Shown piece by piece: positions 48,641 through 58,524 of a stretch of 64,000 bases of DNA. Each line of letters opens with the position of its first letter. Within the stretch, counting starts at the first letter, position 1. The stretch covers positions 5,752 through 69,751 of the forward strand of contig JAXGYI010000007.1 in the NCBI GenBank assembly GCA_040772365.1, given 5' to 3'. The DNA comes from Candidatus Moraniibacteriota bacterium (GTDB lineage: Bacteria > Patescibacteriota > Minisyncoccia > Moranbacterales > GCA-2747515). The notes under the pieces are model-generated. The model did not search any database, had not been told where the DNA came from, and worked only from the letters and a program-made list of their open reading frames with translations. Made by a program: the position numbers and the translations under genes.

Positions 48641-49300
48641 TTATGCGGTGCGTTCGCTACGAGCAAACTTTTCACCTTTATACACCCATACCTTCACACC
48701 AATCGCACCATATGTCGTACGTGCCGTATCACGCGCAAAATCAATATCTGCACGCAGTGTGTGCAATGGAATTGTTCCCTCAGATAACCACTCTACACGC
48801 GACATCTCCGCGCCATTCAAGCGACCACCCACCTGCACCTTAATCCCTTTCACGTTGCGATTCTTCATTGCCGATTCAATTGTCATCTTCAACACACGGC
48901 GAAATGACATGCGTTTCTCTAGTTGCTCTGCAACATTCTGTGCAATAATTGCTGCACTCTCCTCTGATTGCTTGATCTCCTTCACCTCTACCTTAATATC
49001 CATCTTGCGTCCTGGAAAAATTGTCTCACGAATAAAGCGCGTCAGGTCTTCAATACCGCTACCGCCACGTCCGATCAACATACCTGGGCGTGCTGTCCGC
49101 ACAATAACAGTAATAGATTTCTCATTACGCTCCACTTCAACATCGGCAATTGCCGCATGGCGATATTTCTTCATTACGGCGCGTCGCAAAAACACATCCT
49201 GTTCTAGGATTTCTGCATAGTTATTGCCACCAAACCACCGCGAACGCCAGTCTGTTGTAATACCTAATCTGAGACTTTTTGGATTGACTTTGTGACCCAT
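48641..49300 (-). CDS. rpsC: 30S ribosomal protein uS3
   Basis: MGHKVNP, RPG..IGRGG, GRLNGAE, PLHTLRADID. Confidence 0.98.
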   Translation of the reverse strand: MGHKVNPKSLRLGITTDWRSRWFGGNNYAEILEQDVFLRRAVMKKYRHAAIADVEVERNEKSITVIVRTARPGMLIGRGGSGIEDLTRFIRETIFPGRKMDIKVEVKEIKQSEESAAIIAQNVAEQLEKRMSFRRVLKMTIESAMKNRNVKGIKVQVGGRLNGAEMSRVEWLSEGTIPLHTLRADIDFARDTARTTYGAIGVKVWVYKGEKFARSERTA

Positions 49301-49311
49301 AGTAATGAATG

Positions 49312-49758
49312 TTATTTAGCTTTGCGTGTAACAGTTTTCTTTTTCGTAATCTTTACTGCTGCCTTCTTTGTTGCTCGTGCCGCCTTCTTCGTAGATGCTT
49401 TTTGCGCCGGTGCTGCAACATCCTCTGGCGCAACCAGCGTTACCCGAATTGTTGCTGTACGCTTGAGAATTTGTGTCGCACGCCCCTGCGCGCGTGGCAT
49501 CCATCGCTTGAGGACTGGTCCACTGCTCACGGTAATATCCTCAATCGTGAGACGATCCTGACTAATCTGGTGATTGTGCTGCGCATTTGCCACAGCGCTC
49601 TGCAGAAGCTTACGCAACGGCGCTGCCGCCGCACGCACATCAAACTGTAAGACACTGATGGCCTCTGCTGCCGATTTTCCACGAACTGTCCGCGTCACCA
49701 AACGCACCTTCTGCGGTGACATACGAAAATTGGTGAGTTGTGCTGTTACTTTTGTCAT
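49312..49758 (-). CDS. rplV: 50S ribosomal protein uL22 with Lys/Ala-rich C-tail
   Basis: SPQKVRLV, SAVANA, GP.LKR..PRA.GRA. Confidence 0.96.
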   Translation of the reverse strand: MTKVTAQLTNFRMSPQKVRLVTRTVRGKSAAEAISVLQFDVRAAAAPLRKLLQSAVANAQHNHQISQDRLTIEDITVSSGPVLKRWMPRAQGRATQILKRTATIRVTLVAPEDVAAPAQKASTKKAARATKKAAVKITKKKTVTRKAK

Positions 49759-49786
49759 AGATCGTTACTAAAATTGCCTTGTCTGA

Positions 49787-50122
49787 TTATTTTGTTGCTG
49801 GTGTTGCGGATTTCTTAGCAGAGTCCACTTCACGCTGTTTTGCGGCCTGCTCTAACTCTTTCTGCATTTTACCACCATGACGTGAAAACTTTCGTGTTGG
49901 TGCAAACTCTCCAAGCTTATGTCCAACCATTTCCTCTGTGACAAATACATTATGAAAATCCTTACCGGTATGCACAGAAAAGGTAAATCCGATCATCTCT
50001 GGTGCAATCGTACACGCGCGCGACCACGTCTTAATCACACCTGCCTGCTGCGGCGTCTTTCCTGCAATTTTCTTTAACACACGTTCATCAACGTATAGTC
50101 CTTTTTTTACTGATCGGCTCAT
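49787..50122 (-). CDS. rpsS: 30S ribosomal protein uS19
   Basis: [25 protein letters not shown]. Confidence 0.98.
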   Translation of the reverse strand: MSRSVKKGLYVDERVLKKIAGKTPQQAGVIKTWSRACTIAPEMIGFTFSVHTGKDFHNVFVTEEMVGHKLGEFAPTRKFSRHGGKMQKELEQAAKQREVDSAKKSATPATK

Positions 50123-50142
50123 GTTCGTTGCATCAAAACAAA

Positions 50143-50973
50143 TTATTTCTTATGGCGTGATTTGACAATGTATTTCGTACTTGGCTTCGTCGCTTTACGC
50201 GTACGCACGCCCAGGGCTGGCTGCCCCCATGGTGTTTTAGGGTACTTCAATCCAATTGGCTGACGCCCTTCACCACCACCATGTGGGTGATCCACAGGAT
50301 TCATCGCTGATCCACGTACCGCTGGACGCTTGCCCATGTGACGTGCACGCCCTGCCTTACCGATTTTCACTGCATTATGCTCAAAATTACTCACCTGCCC
50401 AATCGTCGCATAGCATTCCTTGTCAATCAGACGAATCTCTCCTGATGGCATTTTTATCTGTGCGTAACGCTCATCCACACCCATTACCGTTGCACTACTG
50501 CCGGCACTACGTACAATTTGCCCACCTTTGCCACGACGCATCTCAATATTACTAACTGCTGTTCCTGCAATAATCCGCTTGAGTGGTGTCCGATTGCCCT
50601 CATCCATTGGAACATTCGGGCCTGCTACAATTGTCATGCCAACACGCATATGCTCCGTTGCAAGAATATAGCGCTTCTCCCCATCTGCGTACACAACCAA
50701 TGCAATCAATGCACTCCGAAAGGGATCCTTTTCAATTGCTACAATTTTTCCGACAATATCATATTTATTTTGCTTGAAATCAATCAGGCGATACAATTTC
50801 TTACTCCCCGCACTTCTGTGGCGAACAGAAATCTTGCCCCAGCTACGCCCGGCCTTTTGGTGGATTGCTCGCAGTAGCGACTTCTCCGGCTTTGTCTTTG
50901 TCACTGCTGCCGGCTTAATCATAGTCATATTGCGCCGCGCTGCATGATTTCTTTTATATACTTTGATTGCCAT
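50143..50973 (-). CDS. rplB: 50S ribosomal protein uL2
   Basis: [27 protein letters not shown]. Confidence 0.98.
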   Translation of the reverse strand: MAIKVYKRNHAARRNMTMIKPAAVTKTKPEKSLLRAIHQKAGRSWGKISVRHRSAGSKKLYRLIDFKQNKYDIVGKIVAIEKDPFRSALIALVVYADGEKRYILATEHMRVGMTIVAGPNVPMDEGNRTPLKRIIAGTAVSNIEMRRGKGGQIVRSAGSSATVMGVDERYAQIKMPSGEIRLIDKECYATIGQVSNFEHNAVKIGKAGRARHMGKRPAVRGSAMNPVDHPHGGGEGRQPIGLKYPKTPWGQPALGVRTRKATKPSTKYIVKSRHKK

Positions 50974-51001
50974 ACGTTTCGGTTAGTAATGCAAATGGGA
51001 A

Positions 51002-51412
51002 TTACGATGCGTGAAATAAGTCAATTGACTGTCCTTTGGCAAGTGTTACAATTGCCTTTTTATATTTCTTTTGATAGCCACGATCATACTTCATCGTGCG
51101 CCGCTTTGGTTTCACAACAATGATACGCACTGCCTCTACCGTAACACCATAGGTGTGTGCAATCGCAGTTTTGATAGCGCGCGACGATGCAGTTGTGGCT
51201 ACGCGAAAAACATACTGCCCATTACTGCTCAGGAGGTGTGATTTTTCCGTCACAATCGGTGCAAGGAGAACGCCATAAGTCTGTGCTGTCGCTGTAAATG
51301 TGCTATCCGCAGCCTTCTTCTTTGCTGTCGTTGTCTTTTCTGATGCACCAGTGCTTTCACTTGCCTGCGCCGCAGTATCCTTGTTATCACTTTTTTTACT
51401 AAAAATTCCCAT
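51002..51412 (-). CDS. rplW: 50S ribosomal protein uL23 with N-terminal extension
   Basis: PIVTEKS, Y.F.V, KKAIVTL. Confidence 0.94.
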   Translation of the reverse strand: MGIFSKKSDNKDTAAQASESTGASEKTTTAKKKAADSTFTATAQTYGVLLAPIVTEKSHLLSSNGQYVFRVATTASSRAIKTAIAHTYGVTVEAVRIIVVKPKRRTMKYDRGYQKKYKKAIVTLAKGQSIDLFHAS

Positions 51413-51442
51413 AATATATCGTATTATATAGTGCTACACGCG

Positions 51443-52072
51443 CTATCCCACGTATTTTGCATCAAGCTGCTTCAGTGCATCAAGACTTAACACAAGATAT
51501 TGCGCATTCATCACATCGTACACATTGAGCTTTTCTGCCTCCATCGGCACAACACGTGCAATATTGCGCACTGCCTTATAACTCTCTGTTTCTTGTGGGG
51601 CTAGGGCTACAACAGCACTAGCGTCTACACCCATAGCGCGCAAGAGCGCTGCCATCGGTTTGGTTTTGACATCCTCCATCACAAGGCTTTCTACGACGCG
51701 AATCTTGTCAGCCTGTGCTTTTTTTGTCAACGCAAGTGCAATCGCCTTTTTCTTCACCTTACTATTAATATCTTGTGTGTAATTCTTGTCCTTTGTTGGC
51801 CCAAAAATAACACCGCCGCCCTTCCACAACGGATTACGAATGGATCCCGTACGTGCATTACCCGTGCCCTTCTGTCGCCATGGCTTTCTACCACCACCGC
51901 GCACTTCTGAACGAATTTTCGTGTGTGCATGTCCACTTCTACGATTCGCCGCTTGCGCAACATATACATGGTGGATGATCGCATCACTGCCCTGCACATC
52001 AAACACTGCAGCATTCAGATCAGTCGTCGCCACTTTTTTGCCTTCCAGGTTGTATACATCAATTTTTTTCAT
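51443..52072 (-). CDS. rplD: 50S ribosomal protein uL4
   Basis: EVRGGGRKPWRQKGTG.AR.GS.R.P. Confidence 0.97.
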   Translation of the reverse strand: MKKIDVYNLEGKKVATTDLNAAVFDVQGSDAIIHHVYVAQAANRRSGHAHTKIRSEVRGGGRKPWRQKGTGNARTGSIRNPLWKGGGVIFGPTKDKNYTQDINSKVKKKAIALALTKKAQADKIRVVESLVMEDVKTKPMAALLRAMGVDASAVVALAPQETESYKAVRNIARVVPMEAEKLNVYDVMNAQYLVLSLDALKQLDAKYVG

Positions 52073-52082
52073 ACGTATCAGA

Positions 52083-52646
52083 TTAGGCAAGACTTACAAT
52101 TTCCACAATGCGCCCAGCTACACCAGGCACACTGCCTTTTACAGCAATGGTCCCTGCCTGCGCATCTACATGAACAACGCGCAGCCCACGTGATGTCGCG
52201 CGCACGCCACCCATACGACCAGCCATGCGCTTACCCTTCATCACGTGCTGAGGAAACGCACTTCCAATAGATCCCGCTTGGCGCAGTACATGACGATGTC
52301 CGTGTGACTTCGGTCCACCACCAAATCCATGGCGCTTAACAACACCCTGAAAGCCCTTTGCTTTTGTGATGCCGCTAACACGAACAATATCACCAACAGA
52401 GAAAACATCCGCACCAATCGCTGTATCCGTAGTGTACGCAGATGTATCACCTACACGAAATTCTCTGTGACAGGACTTCTTTGCCGTACGCGGTGTCGTA
52501 ACACGTACAGCGCTATAGCCATCTTTTTCTGCCGTACGCAACACATCCACCGTATTTGGCGTAATGGCAATCAACGTCACATTCTGCGCACCCGCATCGT
52601 CGTAGATTGTTGTCATGCCCAATTTTTTTCCCAGTGCGAATTTCAT
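52083..52646 (-). CDS. rplC: 50S ribosomal protein uL3
   Basis: G.KLGMT, KGFQGVVKRH, MAGRMG, VKGSVPG. Confidence 0.97.
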   Translation of the reverse strand: MKFALGKKLGMTTIYDDAGAQNVTLIAITPNTVDVLRTAEKDGYSAVRVTTPRTAKKSCHREFRVGDTSAYTTDTAIGADVFSVGDIVRVSGITKAKGFQGVVKRHGFGGGPKSHGHRHVLRQAGSIGSAFPQHVMKGKRMAGRMGGVRATSRGLRVVHVDAQAGTIAVKGSVPGVAGRIVEIVSLA

Positions 52647-52744
52647 ACAATTTTATAGAGATTATGCCACTGCGGCATCCCATCGCTCAGATTATATGTC
52701 AAATAAAAAACGGCTTATCGCAAGCCAGATGATTTTCTTATAGA

Positions 52745-52773
52745 ATCTTATAGAAAAATCACATGTTTGTCAA
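52745..52773 (-). promoter_or_regulatory. Putative rplC promoter
   Basis: TTGACA-17-TAAGAT; downstream leader has GGCTT/AAGCC hairpin + T6 (52705-52726). Confidence 0.6.
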
Positions 52774-52793
52774 GATCGAACATGTCGACCGTA

Positions 52794-52932
52794 ACAAACA
52801 CCCTCGCTCGCTGAGTATCCCCATCTCATGCAAGATTTGCATACCATGCAATATCTGGATCCTGGGACTTTAACGAAACTGTGTTGATACACACACGAGA
52901 CGCTGCAACACTGCGAGACGCCTCCTATCTGT
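52794..52932 (-). ncRNA. Candidate structured ncRNA (~140 nt), family not recognised
   Basis: Nested long-range pairings with many G-U pairs on the minus strand; upstream TTGCGC-17-TAGTAT promoter (52937-52965). Confidence 0.45.
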
Positions 52933-52999
52933 GAATATACTACATGAAAATTTGCAAACGCGCAAGTGTGCTCTGAAGAAGCACGGTGCACACGCACCT

Positions 53000-53323
53000 T
53001 TACATCTTCACCTCGATGCTTACGCCTGCCGGCAAATCAAGGTTCGTCAAATCCTCAATCGTCTTCTGTGACGGATTGATGATGTCAATGAGACGCTTAT
53101 GGATACGCATCTCAAACTGCTCTCGTGCATCCTTGTGGACAAACGTGGAGCGATTGACTGTGACTTTCTTGATCTGCGTCGGAAGCGGTACCGGACCGGT
53201 CACCTGTGACCCTGTACGGACTGCCGCCTCAACAATTTGTCGTGCAGATTTGTCAATGACCTTGCTGTCGTACGCTTTAATTTTAATGCGTACGCGCGTT
53301 GACACTTCTTCTTTCTTCGCCAT
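53000..53323 (-). CDS. rpsJ: 30S ribosomal protein uS10
   Basis: [29 protein letters not shown]. Confidence 0.98.
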   Translation of the reverse strand: MAKKEEVSTRVRIKIKAYDSKVIDKSARQIVEAAVRTGSQVTGPVPLPTQIKKVTVNRSTFVHKDAREQFEMRIHKRLIDIINPSQKTIEDLTNLDLPAGVSIEVKM

Positions 53324-53431
53324 GGCGAACTGACTCCTGCGTTACAAATTACATGTTTCCCTAATGATTTTAGAGGGAAAGGAGAACGTCACAGAATACG
53401 CTGCAACGCTCCACCTTTGCTTCCAAAGGCT

Positions 53432-54622
53432 CTATTTTACAATCTTTGTTACCACACCAGCGCCAACAGTACGACCGCCCTCGCGAATTGCAAAACGCAT
53501 ACCATCTTCCATCGCTACTGCCGCACCAAGTTTCACGGAAAGTGACACAGTGTCACCAGGCATCACCATTTCTGTGCCCTCCGGCAAAATTACCTCACCG
53601 GTAACATCCGTCGTACGCACGTAGAACTGTGGCTTATACCCCTTGAAAAACGGTGTGTGACGTCCACCCTCTTCCTTTGTCAAAACATAAACTTCAGATT
53701 CAAACTCCGTATGTGGAGTAATGGAGCCTGGTTTTGCCAATACCTGTCCGCGCTCAACATCTTCTTTTTTCACGCTGCGCAAGAGGAGACCAGCATTGTC
53801 ACCAGCCTCACCATGATCAAGTGACTTATTGAACATCTCAATACCCGTTACAGCTGTTTTTGTGGTCGGGCGCAAACCAACGATTTCTACTTCCTCGTTG
53901 ATGTTGATTTGTCCGCGCTCAATACGTCCTGTAACAACAGTACCACGACCCTCAATTGAGAAAATATCCTCAATCGGCATCAAAAATGGCTTATCCGTGT
54001 CACGCTCTGGCTGTGGAATCTTTGCATCAAGAGCAGCAACGAGATCGATAATCGGCTTTGCGCTCTCATCATCTGCCGTTTTTGCCTCAAGTGCCTTGAG
54101 TGCGCTACCACGAATCACCGCAGCATTATCACCATTAAACTCGTACTTCGTCAAAAGTTCACGCACTTCTGCCTCGACAAGTTCGATCAGCTCCGGATCA
54201 TCAACCATATCAACCTTATTGATGAACACAACGATCTCTGGTACACCAACCTGACGCGCCAAAAGAATGTGCTCACGTGTCTGCGGCATCGGACCGTCTG
54301 TTGCAGAAACTACAAGAATTGCACCATCCATCTGTGCAGCACCTGTGATCATGTTTTTGATATAATCAGCATGTCCTGGGCAGTCAACGTGTGCATAGTG
54401 ACGCGCATCAGACTCATACTCACAGTGAGATGTTGCAATGGTAATACCGCGCTCGCGCTCCTCAGGTGCCTTGTCGATGTCATCGACATTGCGCCCCTTT
54501 GCGAAACCCTTCATTGACAACACGTGCAATAGTGCAGCGGTTGTCGTTGTCTTGCCATGGTCCACATGACCAATGGTGCCCACATTTACGTGTGGCTTGC
54601 TCCGATCGAATGCTTCTGCCAT
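53432..54622 (-). CDS. tuf: Elongation factor Tu
   Basis: [39 protein letters not shown]. Confidence 0.99.
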   Translation of the reverse strand: MAEAFDRSKPHVNVGTIGHVDHGKTTTTAALLHVLSMKGFAKGRNVDDIDKAPEERERGITIATSHCEYESDARHYAHVDCPGHADYIKNMITGAAQMDGAILVVSATDGPMPQTREHILLARQVGVPEIVVFINKVDMVDDPELIELVEAEVRELLTKYEFNGDNAAVIRGSALKALEAKTADDESAKPIIDLVAALDAKIPQPERDTDKPFLMPIEDIFSIEGRGTVVTGRIERGQININEEVEIVGLRPTTKTAVTGIEMFNKSLDHGEAGDNAGLLLRSVKKEDVERGQVLAKPGSITPHTEFESEVYVLTKEEGGRHTPFFKGYKPQFYVRTTDVTGEVILPEGTEMVMPGDTVSLSVKLGAAVAMEDGMRFAIREGGRTVGAGVVTKIVK

Positions 54623-54806
54623 ATCTTTTATTTTGCACGCAACGTCCGGTCATTGATTGTGCGACCGTCCGTCCGTACGCATATGGTGATTATTTAATTA
54701 AAACAATAAAATACACGAACACCGACACACGGGGCACGAAAGACTGTTCGCATGCCACATGTGTCTGAACCTGCAACAGGAAAACATCCCAAAATACAGT
54801 ATTGCA

Positions 54807-54835
54807 ACTGTAGCACGGCATTTTTTTCTTGTCAA
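54807..54835 (-). promoter_or_regulatory. Putative tuf promoter
   Basis: TTGACA-17-TACAGT with extended TG. Confidence 0.55.
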
Positions 54836-54871
54836 ATTTTTTGAAACAAGTACTGTTGCGCAAAAAATCAC

Positions 54872-55474
54872 TTATTCCAAAATGCCGTCCAGGTTCACAT
54901 CATACAGGATTTGCTCTCCTACCAAACGATAGTTTATGATATCCTTTTGATCAAACCAGATGCCAATCTCGCGCCGTGCCTCATCCGGCGCATCGGAACA
55001 GTGAATGAGATTACGCACAGCACGCCCATCAATACCAGAGAGATCGTAGGAGTCTACTGTATAATCACCACGAATCGTCCCAACGTCGGATGTTAGTGGC
55101 TCCGTACCACCAACAATTTTCTTTACCACGCCAACCGCTTCATTTCCTTCCCAGATCATCATGACGACAGGGCCTGACATCATAAATGCTACTAACTGCT
55201 GAATAATGTCACGCCCATACTCTACTGCTTCCTTTTCTATCGGTAACCCAGCATCTTTGCGTCCTGCCACAATACGCGTGCCCTTTTCCAAAAACCACTG
55301 CTCATCTTTATTATAATGCTCCCAGCATTTTTTTTCCTCCATCATGCAAAATTTCATAGCCGCTAACTTGAGTCCTGTGCGCTCAAAACGATGAATAATT
55401 TCACCCACCAATGCCCGCTGCACACCATCCGGCTTTACAATGACAAATGATTGTTCACGCTGTACCTGTGTCAT
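54872..55474 (-). CDS. ndk: Nucleoside diphosphate kinase
   Basis: KPDGVQR, GTIRGD, NLIHCSD. Confidence 0.93.
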   Translation of the reverse strand: MTQVQREQSFVIVKPDGVQRALVGEIIHRFERTGLKLAAMKFCMMEEKKCWEHYNKDEQWFLEKGTRIVAGRKDAGLPIEKEAVEYGRDIIQQLVAFMMSGPVVMMIWEGNEAVGVVKKIVGGTEPLTSDVGTIRGDYTVDSYDLSGIDGRAVRNLIHCSDAPDEARREIGIWFDQKDIINYRLVGEQILYDVNLDGILE

Positions 55475-55642
55475 AAAAAATATTCTTTAATAAAAAACTA
55501 AATATAGGACCTGCACTATATTTATGTAGGTAAAGTATAGCCTATCTTTGCGTTTATGCCAAGACCACGCTGTGTGGTATTCCATCTTTACAGGAGATGC
55601 AAAAATTGCCAGAATGTCTATAAGTAGTATCATTGCCATACA

Positions 55643-56248
55643 ATGACACACCAACTTCCACAATCTTTTTTTGCACGCAGTGCAGAAACCGTGGCGCGTG
55701 ATCTCCTCGGCACGATCGTGACACGACGTAGTGACACCGCGCCACTGCGTAGCGGCATCATCGTAGAAACAGAAGCATACGTTAGCGCTGATGATATGGC
55801 ATCACACGCCTACCGCGGACGCACACCGCGCACAGAGGTGATGTTTGGTCCGGCAGGTATATGGTACATCTACCTCATCTACGGCATACACCACCAACTG
55901 AATATTGTGACGGATCTGCCGGGTACACCAGCTGGCGTACTGATTCGTGCCATTGAACCCATAGAGGGTATTGCCACCATGCGTACCCTGCGCACAGCTG
56001 CACGCACCGACCACGACCTCACAAACGGTCCCGGTAAACTCTGTCAAGCACTTTCTATTGACCGTTCCCTCAACGGCACATCAGCAGTCGATCGCACAGC
56101 ACGTATTGTTATTCGCAGCGGTACCCAGCACATCCCGTCATCACACATCATCGCCACACCACGCATCGGCATCCCCTATGCCGGTGCATGGAAAAATCGT
56201 CTCTTGCGCTTCTATCTCAAGGATAATCCTTTCGTGTCTGATCAATAG
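55643..56248 (+). CDS. mpg: 3-methyladenine DNA glycosylase (MPG)
   Basis: VA..LLG, IVETEAY, MFGPAG..Y.Y.IYG, VLIRA.EP, NGPGKLC. Confidence 0.93.
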   Translation: MTHQLPQSFFARSAETVARDLLGTIVTRRSDTAPLRSGIIVETEAYVSADDMASHAYRGRTPRTEVMFGPAGIWYIYLIYGIHHQLNIVTDLPGTPAGVLIRAIEPIEGIATMRTLRTAARTDHDLTNGPGKLCQALSIDRSLNGTSAVDRTARIVIRSGTQHIPSSHIIATPRIGIPYAGAWKNRLLRFYLKDNPFVSDQ

Positions 56249-56262
56249 ATCATCTGTAGATG

Positions 56263-57945
56263 TTATTCTTCCACGACAAGTGCTTGCGTGCCATCAATGC
56301 TCTTCAGTGCAAAAATAGTATCGCGTGTGAAGTCGATTTTTTTGGTATACGTCATACCATCTGCGCTAATCACCGTTACCGTCAGCGGGATCGTGCCAAT
56401 GCCGGATTGCTTTTGTATTTTCAATGTATAACCCTCTTCTGTGATATGGTGTGGTAATGTATACTGCAGCATCGTTGGGATTTTCTGCCCAAGCAGTACA
56501 TCAACCTTATAACTATACGCCTGCTTGTCACCAAAGACATTTTTCTCCACACTCGGCGGCTCAAACCACTCACGCACATACCACGTGCTACCCTGCGGCA
56601 CATAGAGACGTGTATACGCGTGATAGTCACTATTAAAATAACTTGGTTCCGTCGCCGTGTTCTCATAAGTCATCCGCATTGTGGCAAGTGGCGCCGTAGT
56701 ACGAAATGTACCTGCCGCCACACGCGCCTTCACATCGTCAGTGAGGTAACGCACCATGCGCCCAGCCGCTGCGTCATTTACCTCTGCACTTCTTCCCGTA
56801 AAGTCCACCGTATATTCCATTGATCGTCGCATATAGAAGTCTGACTTCAGCGCACCAACATTAGCATCGGATACCATCACATAATCACCTGTCCACGCCT
56901 GATCCACTTCGCCTGCCCACTGCTCCTCTGTCGCTATGCTCTGCAGTCGCTCATCTTTAAACCACAGCTGGATATCTTTGCGCGTTAAGCTTTCCGTGAG
57001 CATTGTGATTAGTGGCTCAATATTGTCAATCTTTGCTAGTTGCGGCACGAGATTCTTTGCAAGCACGTGAATAATTTTCTTGCGATCCGCCTCCTCACCA
57101 TGATCCATTAATTTCATCTTCTTTCCCTCCGCATCATACTGGCATGCCTTCCACCGTGGATCATCTTCTGGCACCTTTGCCGTCCGCAAGGACTTCTCAC
57201 ACTTCTTGCGCTCCTCGCTACGAAAAACTGGCTCCTCTACAATTTTCTGTAACTTCATCAATCCACCATCAGCGTGGAATGCACCGTATTTTTCAAAGTC
57301 ACGGAACGTCACTGTGACCGGTCCCGTGATTCGCAAGAGATCTTCAAAAACAGACGCATTCACGGCAATGACGCCGTCAAAATTGGCATCTTGATTTGCA
57401 AGTTGATAGAAATAGAGTGCATTTTGTACATTATCTGGAAAGTGCGGTGAGTGATTACTGTCACGGAACTTCATTTTTTTGGTATCGCTAAGATATTTTT
57501 GTAGTGCAGGTGGGAGTGGACGATCTGACTTATACGTACCATCCAACACATTGGCATCTTCCACCACGAAATCAAGAACCTCACCATTTCGCATCTTAAC
57601 AACGCCATACTGCCCCAAAAAACCACCGCCAGGGCGTAACTCTAAATTGTTTTGTAGTAGTATAAGATAGCGTCGCGTCACGCCATCTTGCACGAGAATG
57701 GCATTAGCGAGATCCTGAATGGCGCCAAATTGCGCACGCGTAGAGGGATCAAGCTGCTTAAACGACGGCAGTGCATCGAGAGAGCTAATGGTTTTTTGTA
57801 GCACGGCACCCTTATGCCGCACAGCATACCATAGAAGACCGCCTATAACTGCAAGACTGATGGCGCAGATTATTGCCACCGTACGCCATAATTTTCCTGT
57901 ACGCACATAGCGTGATGTGCTGTGTGGTGCTGTTCTCATACGCAT
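56263..57945 (-). CDS. DUF4012 domain membrane-anchored protein
   Basis: YLILLQNNLELRPGGGF.G, RDSN.SP.FP, DGVIAVN, N.G..KSD, QKQSG. Confidence 0.85.
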   Translation of the reverse strand: MRMRTAPHSTSRYVRTGKLWRTVAIICAISLAVIGGLLWYAVRHKGAVLQKTISSLDALPSFKQLDPSTRAQFGAIQDLANAILVQDGVTRRYLILLQNNLELRPGGGFLGQYGVVKMRNGEVLDFVVEDANVLDGTYKSDRPLPPALQKYLSDTKKMKFRDSNHSPHFPDNVQNALYFYQLANQDANFDGVIAVNASVFEDLLRITGPVTVTFRDFEKYGAFHADGGLMKLQKIVEEPVFRSEERKKCEKSLRTAKVPEDDPRWKACQYDAEGKKMKLMDHGEEADRKKIIHVLAKNLVPQLAKIDNIEPLITMLTESLTRKDIQLWFKDERLQSIATEEQWAGEVDQAWTGDYVMVSDANVGALKSDFYMRRSMEYTVDFTGRSAEVNDAAAGRMVRYLTDDVKARVAAGTFRTTAPLATMRMTYENTATEPSYFNSDYHAYTRLYVPQGSTWYVREWFEPPSVEKNVFGDKQAYSYKVDVLLGQKIPTMLQYTLPHHITEEGYTLKIQKQSGIGTIPLTVTVISADGMTYTKKIDFTRDTIFALKSIDGTQALVVEE

Positions 57946-57966
57946 GATCGATCAGTGAAATGGTAT

Positions 57967-58416
57967 TTATCGCGCTGCTAAAACCGCAGCAATGATTGGC
58001 AGAAGTACGAAATAAAAATAGTGTTCCGTAAAAAGTGTATAGATATCTTTCGTAATAATGACATCTGGCAGTGCGCGTAGTGCAACAAGCATACATACTG
58101 TCGCTGCAACAAAAAAGGCGAAACAGATACTGAAGAAAAAAACACGTGGACTAAAGCGCTCTGCGTGCCAATGATCTGCATCAAAAAATCGCCACTGATG
58201 CGCTGCCAAAAAAAACACCGTGATCGCCGCAAATATAAGCACCGGTCCGTACGTGCCAAGCGTCCACTGCTCCGGCAGCACAAAGACGATCAAGAGCGCG
58301 ATCAGTGACGCAATAAATGTTCGCATCAGCCACACCGATTGTACAATCGGCGCTATCAATGTACCAATGCCAATAATTGCTGCGAGAATAAGTAGCGATG
58401 CCACAGAAATCATCAT
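57967..58416 (-). CDS. Hypothetical membrane protein
   Basis: 149 aa, ~5 TMs. Confidence 0.65.
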   Translation of the reverse strand: MMISVASLLILAAIIGIGTLIAPIVQSVWLMRTFIASLIALLIVFVLPEQWTLGTYGPVLIFAAITVFFLAAHQWRFFDADHWHAERFSPRVFFFSICFAFFVAATVCMLVALRALPDVIITKDIYTLFTEHYFYFVLLPIIAAVLAAR

Positions 58417-58524
58417 GTGTGTATATTACAAATTGCCTTCTCCAGTATACACTACTCAGCAATTGATTTGTAGTGCCGCATACGCTATAATGCGTGATGA
58501 CACCGTAAAATCCTAGCATATTGT

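Noticed and set aside
52794-52932. Hammerhead, twister, tmRNA, RNase P or SRP assignment for the spacer RNA
   Set aside because: Core motifs (CUGANGA, T-arm/CCA, GAGGAAAGUCC, CAGG..GGAA..AGCAG) were not found; left unassigned
52770-52997. 75-aa ORF in the rpsJ-rplC spacer
   Set aside because: Non-ATG start, atypical composition, and it overlaps the predicted promoters and RNA structure
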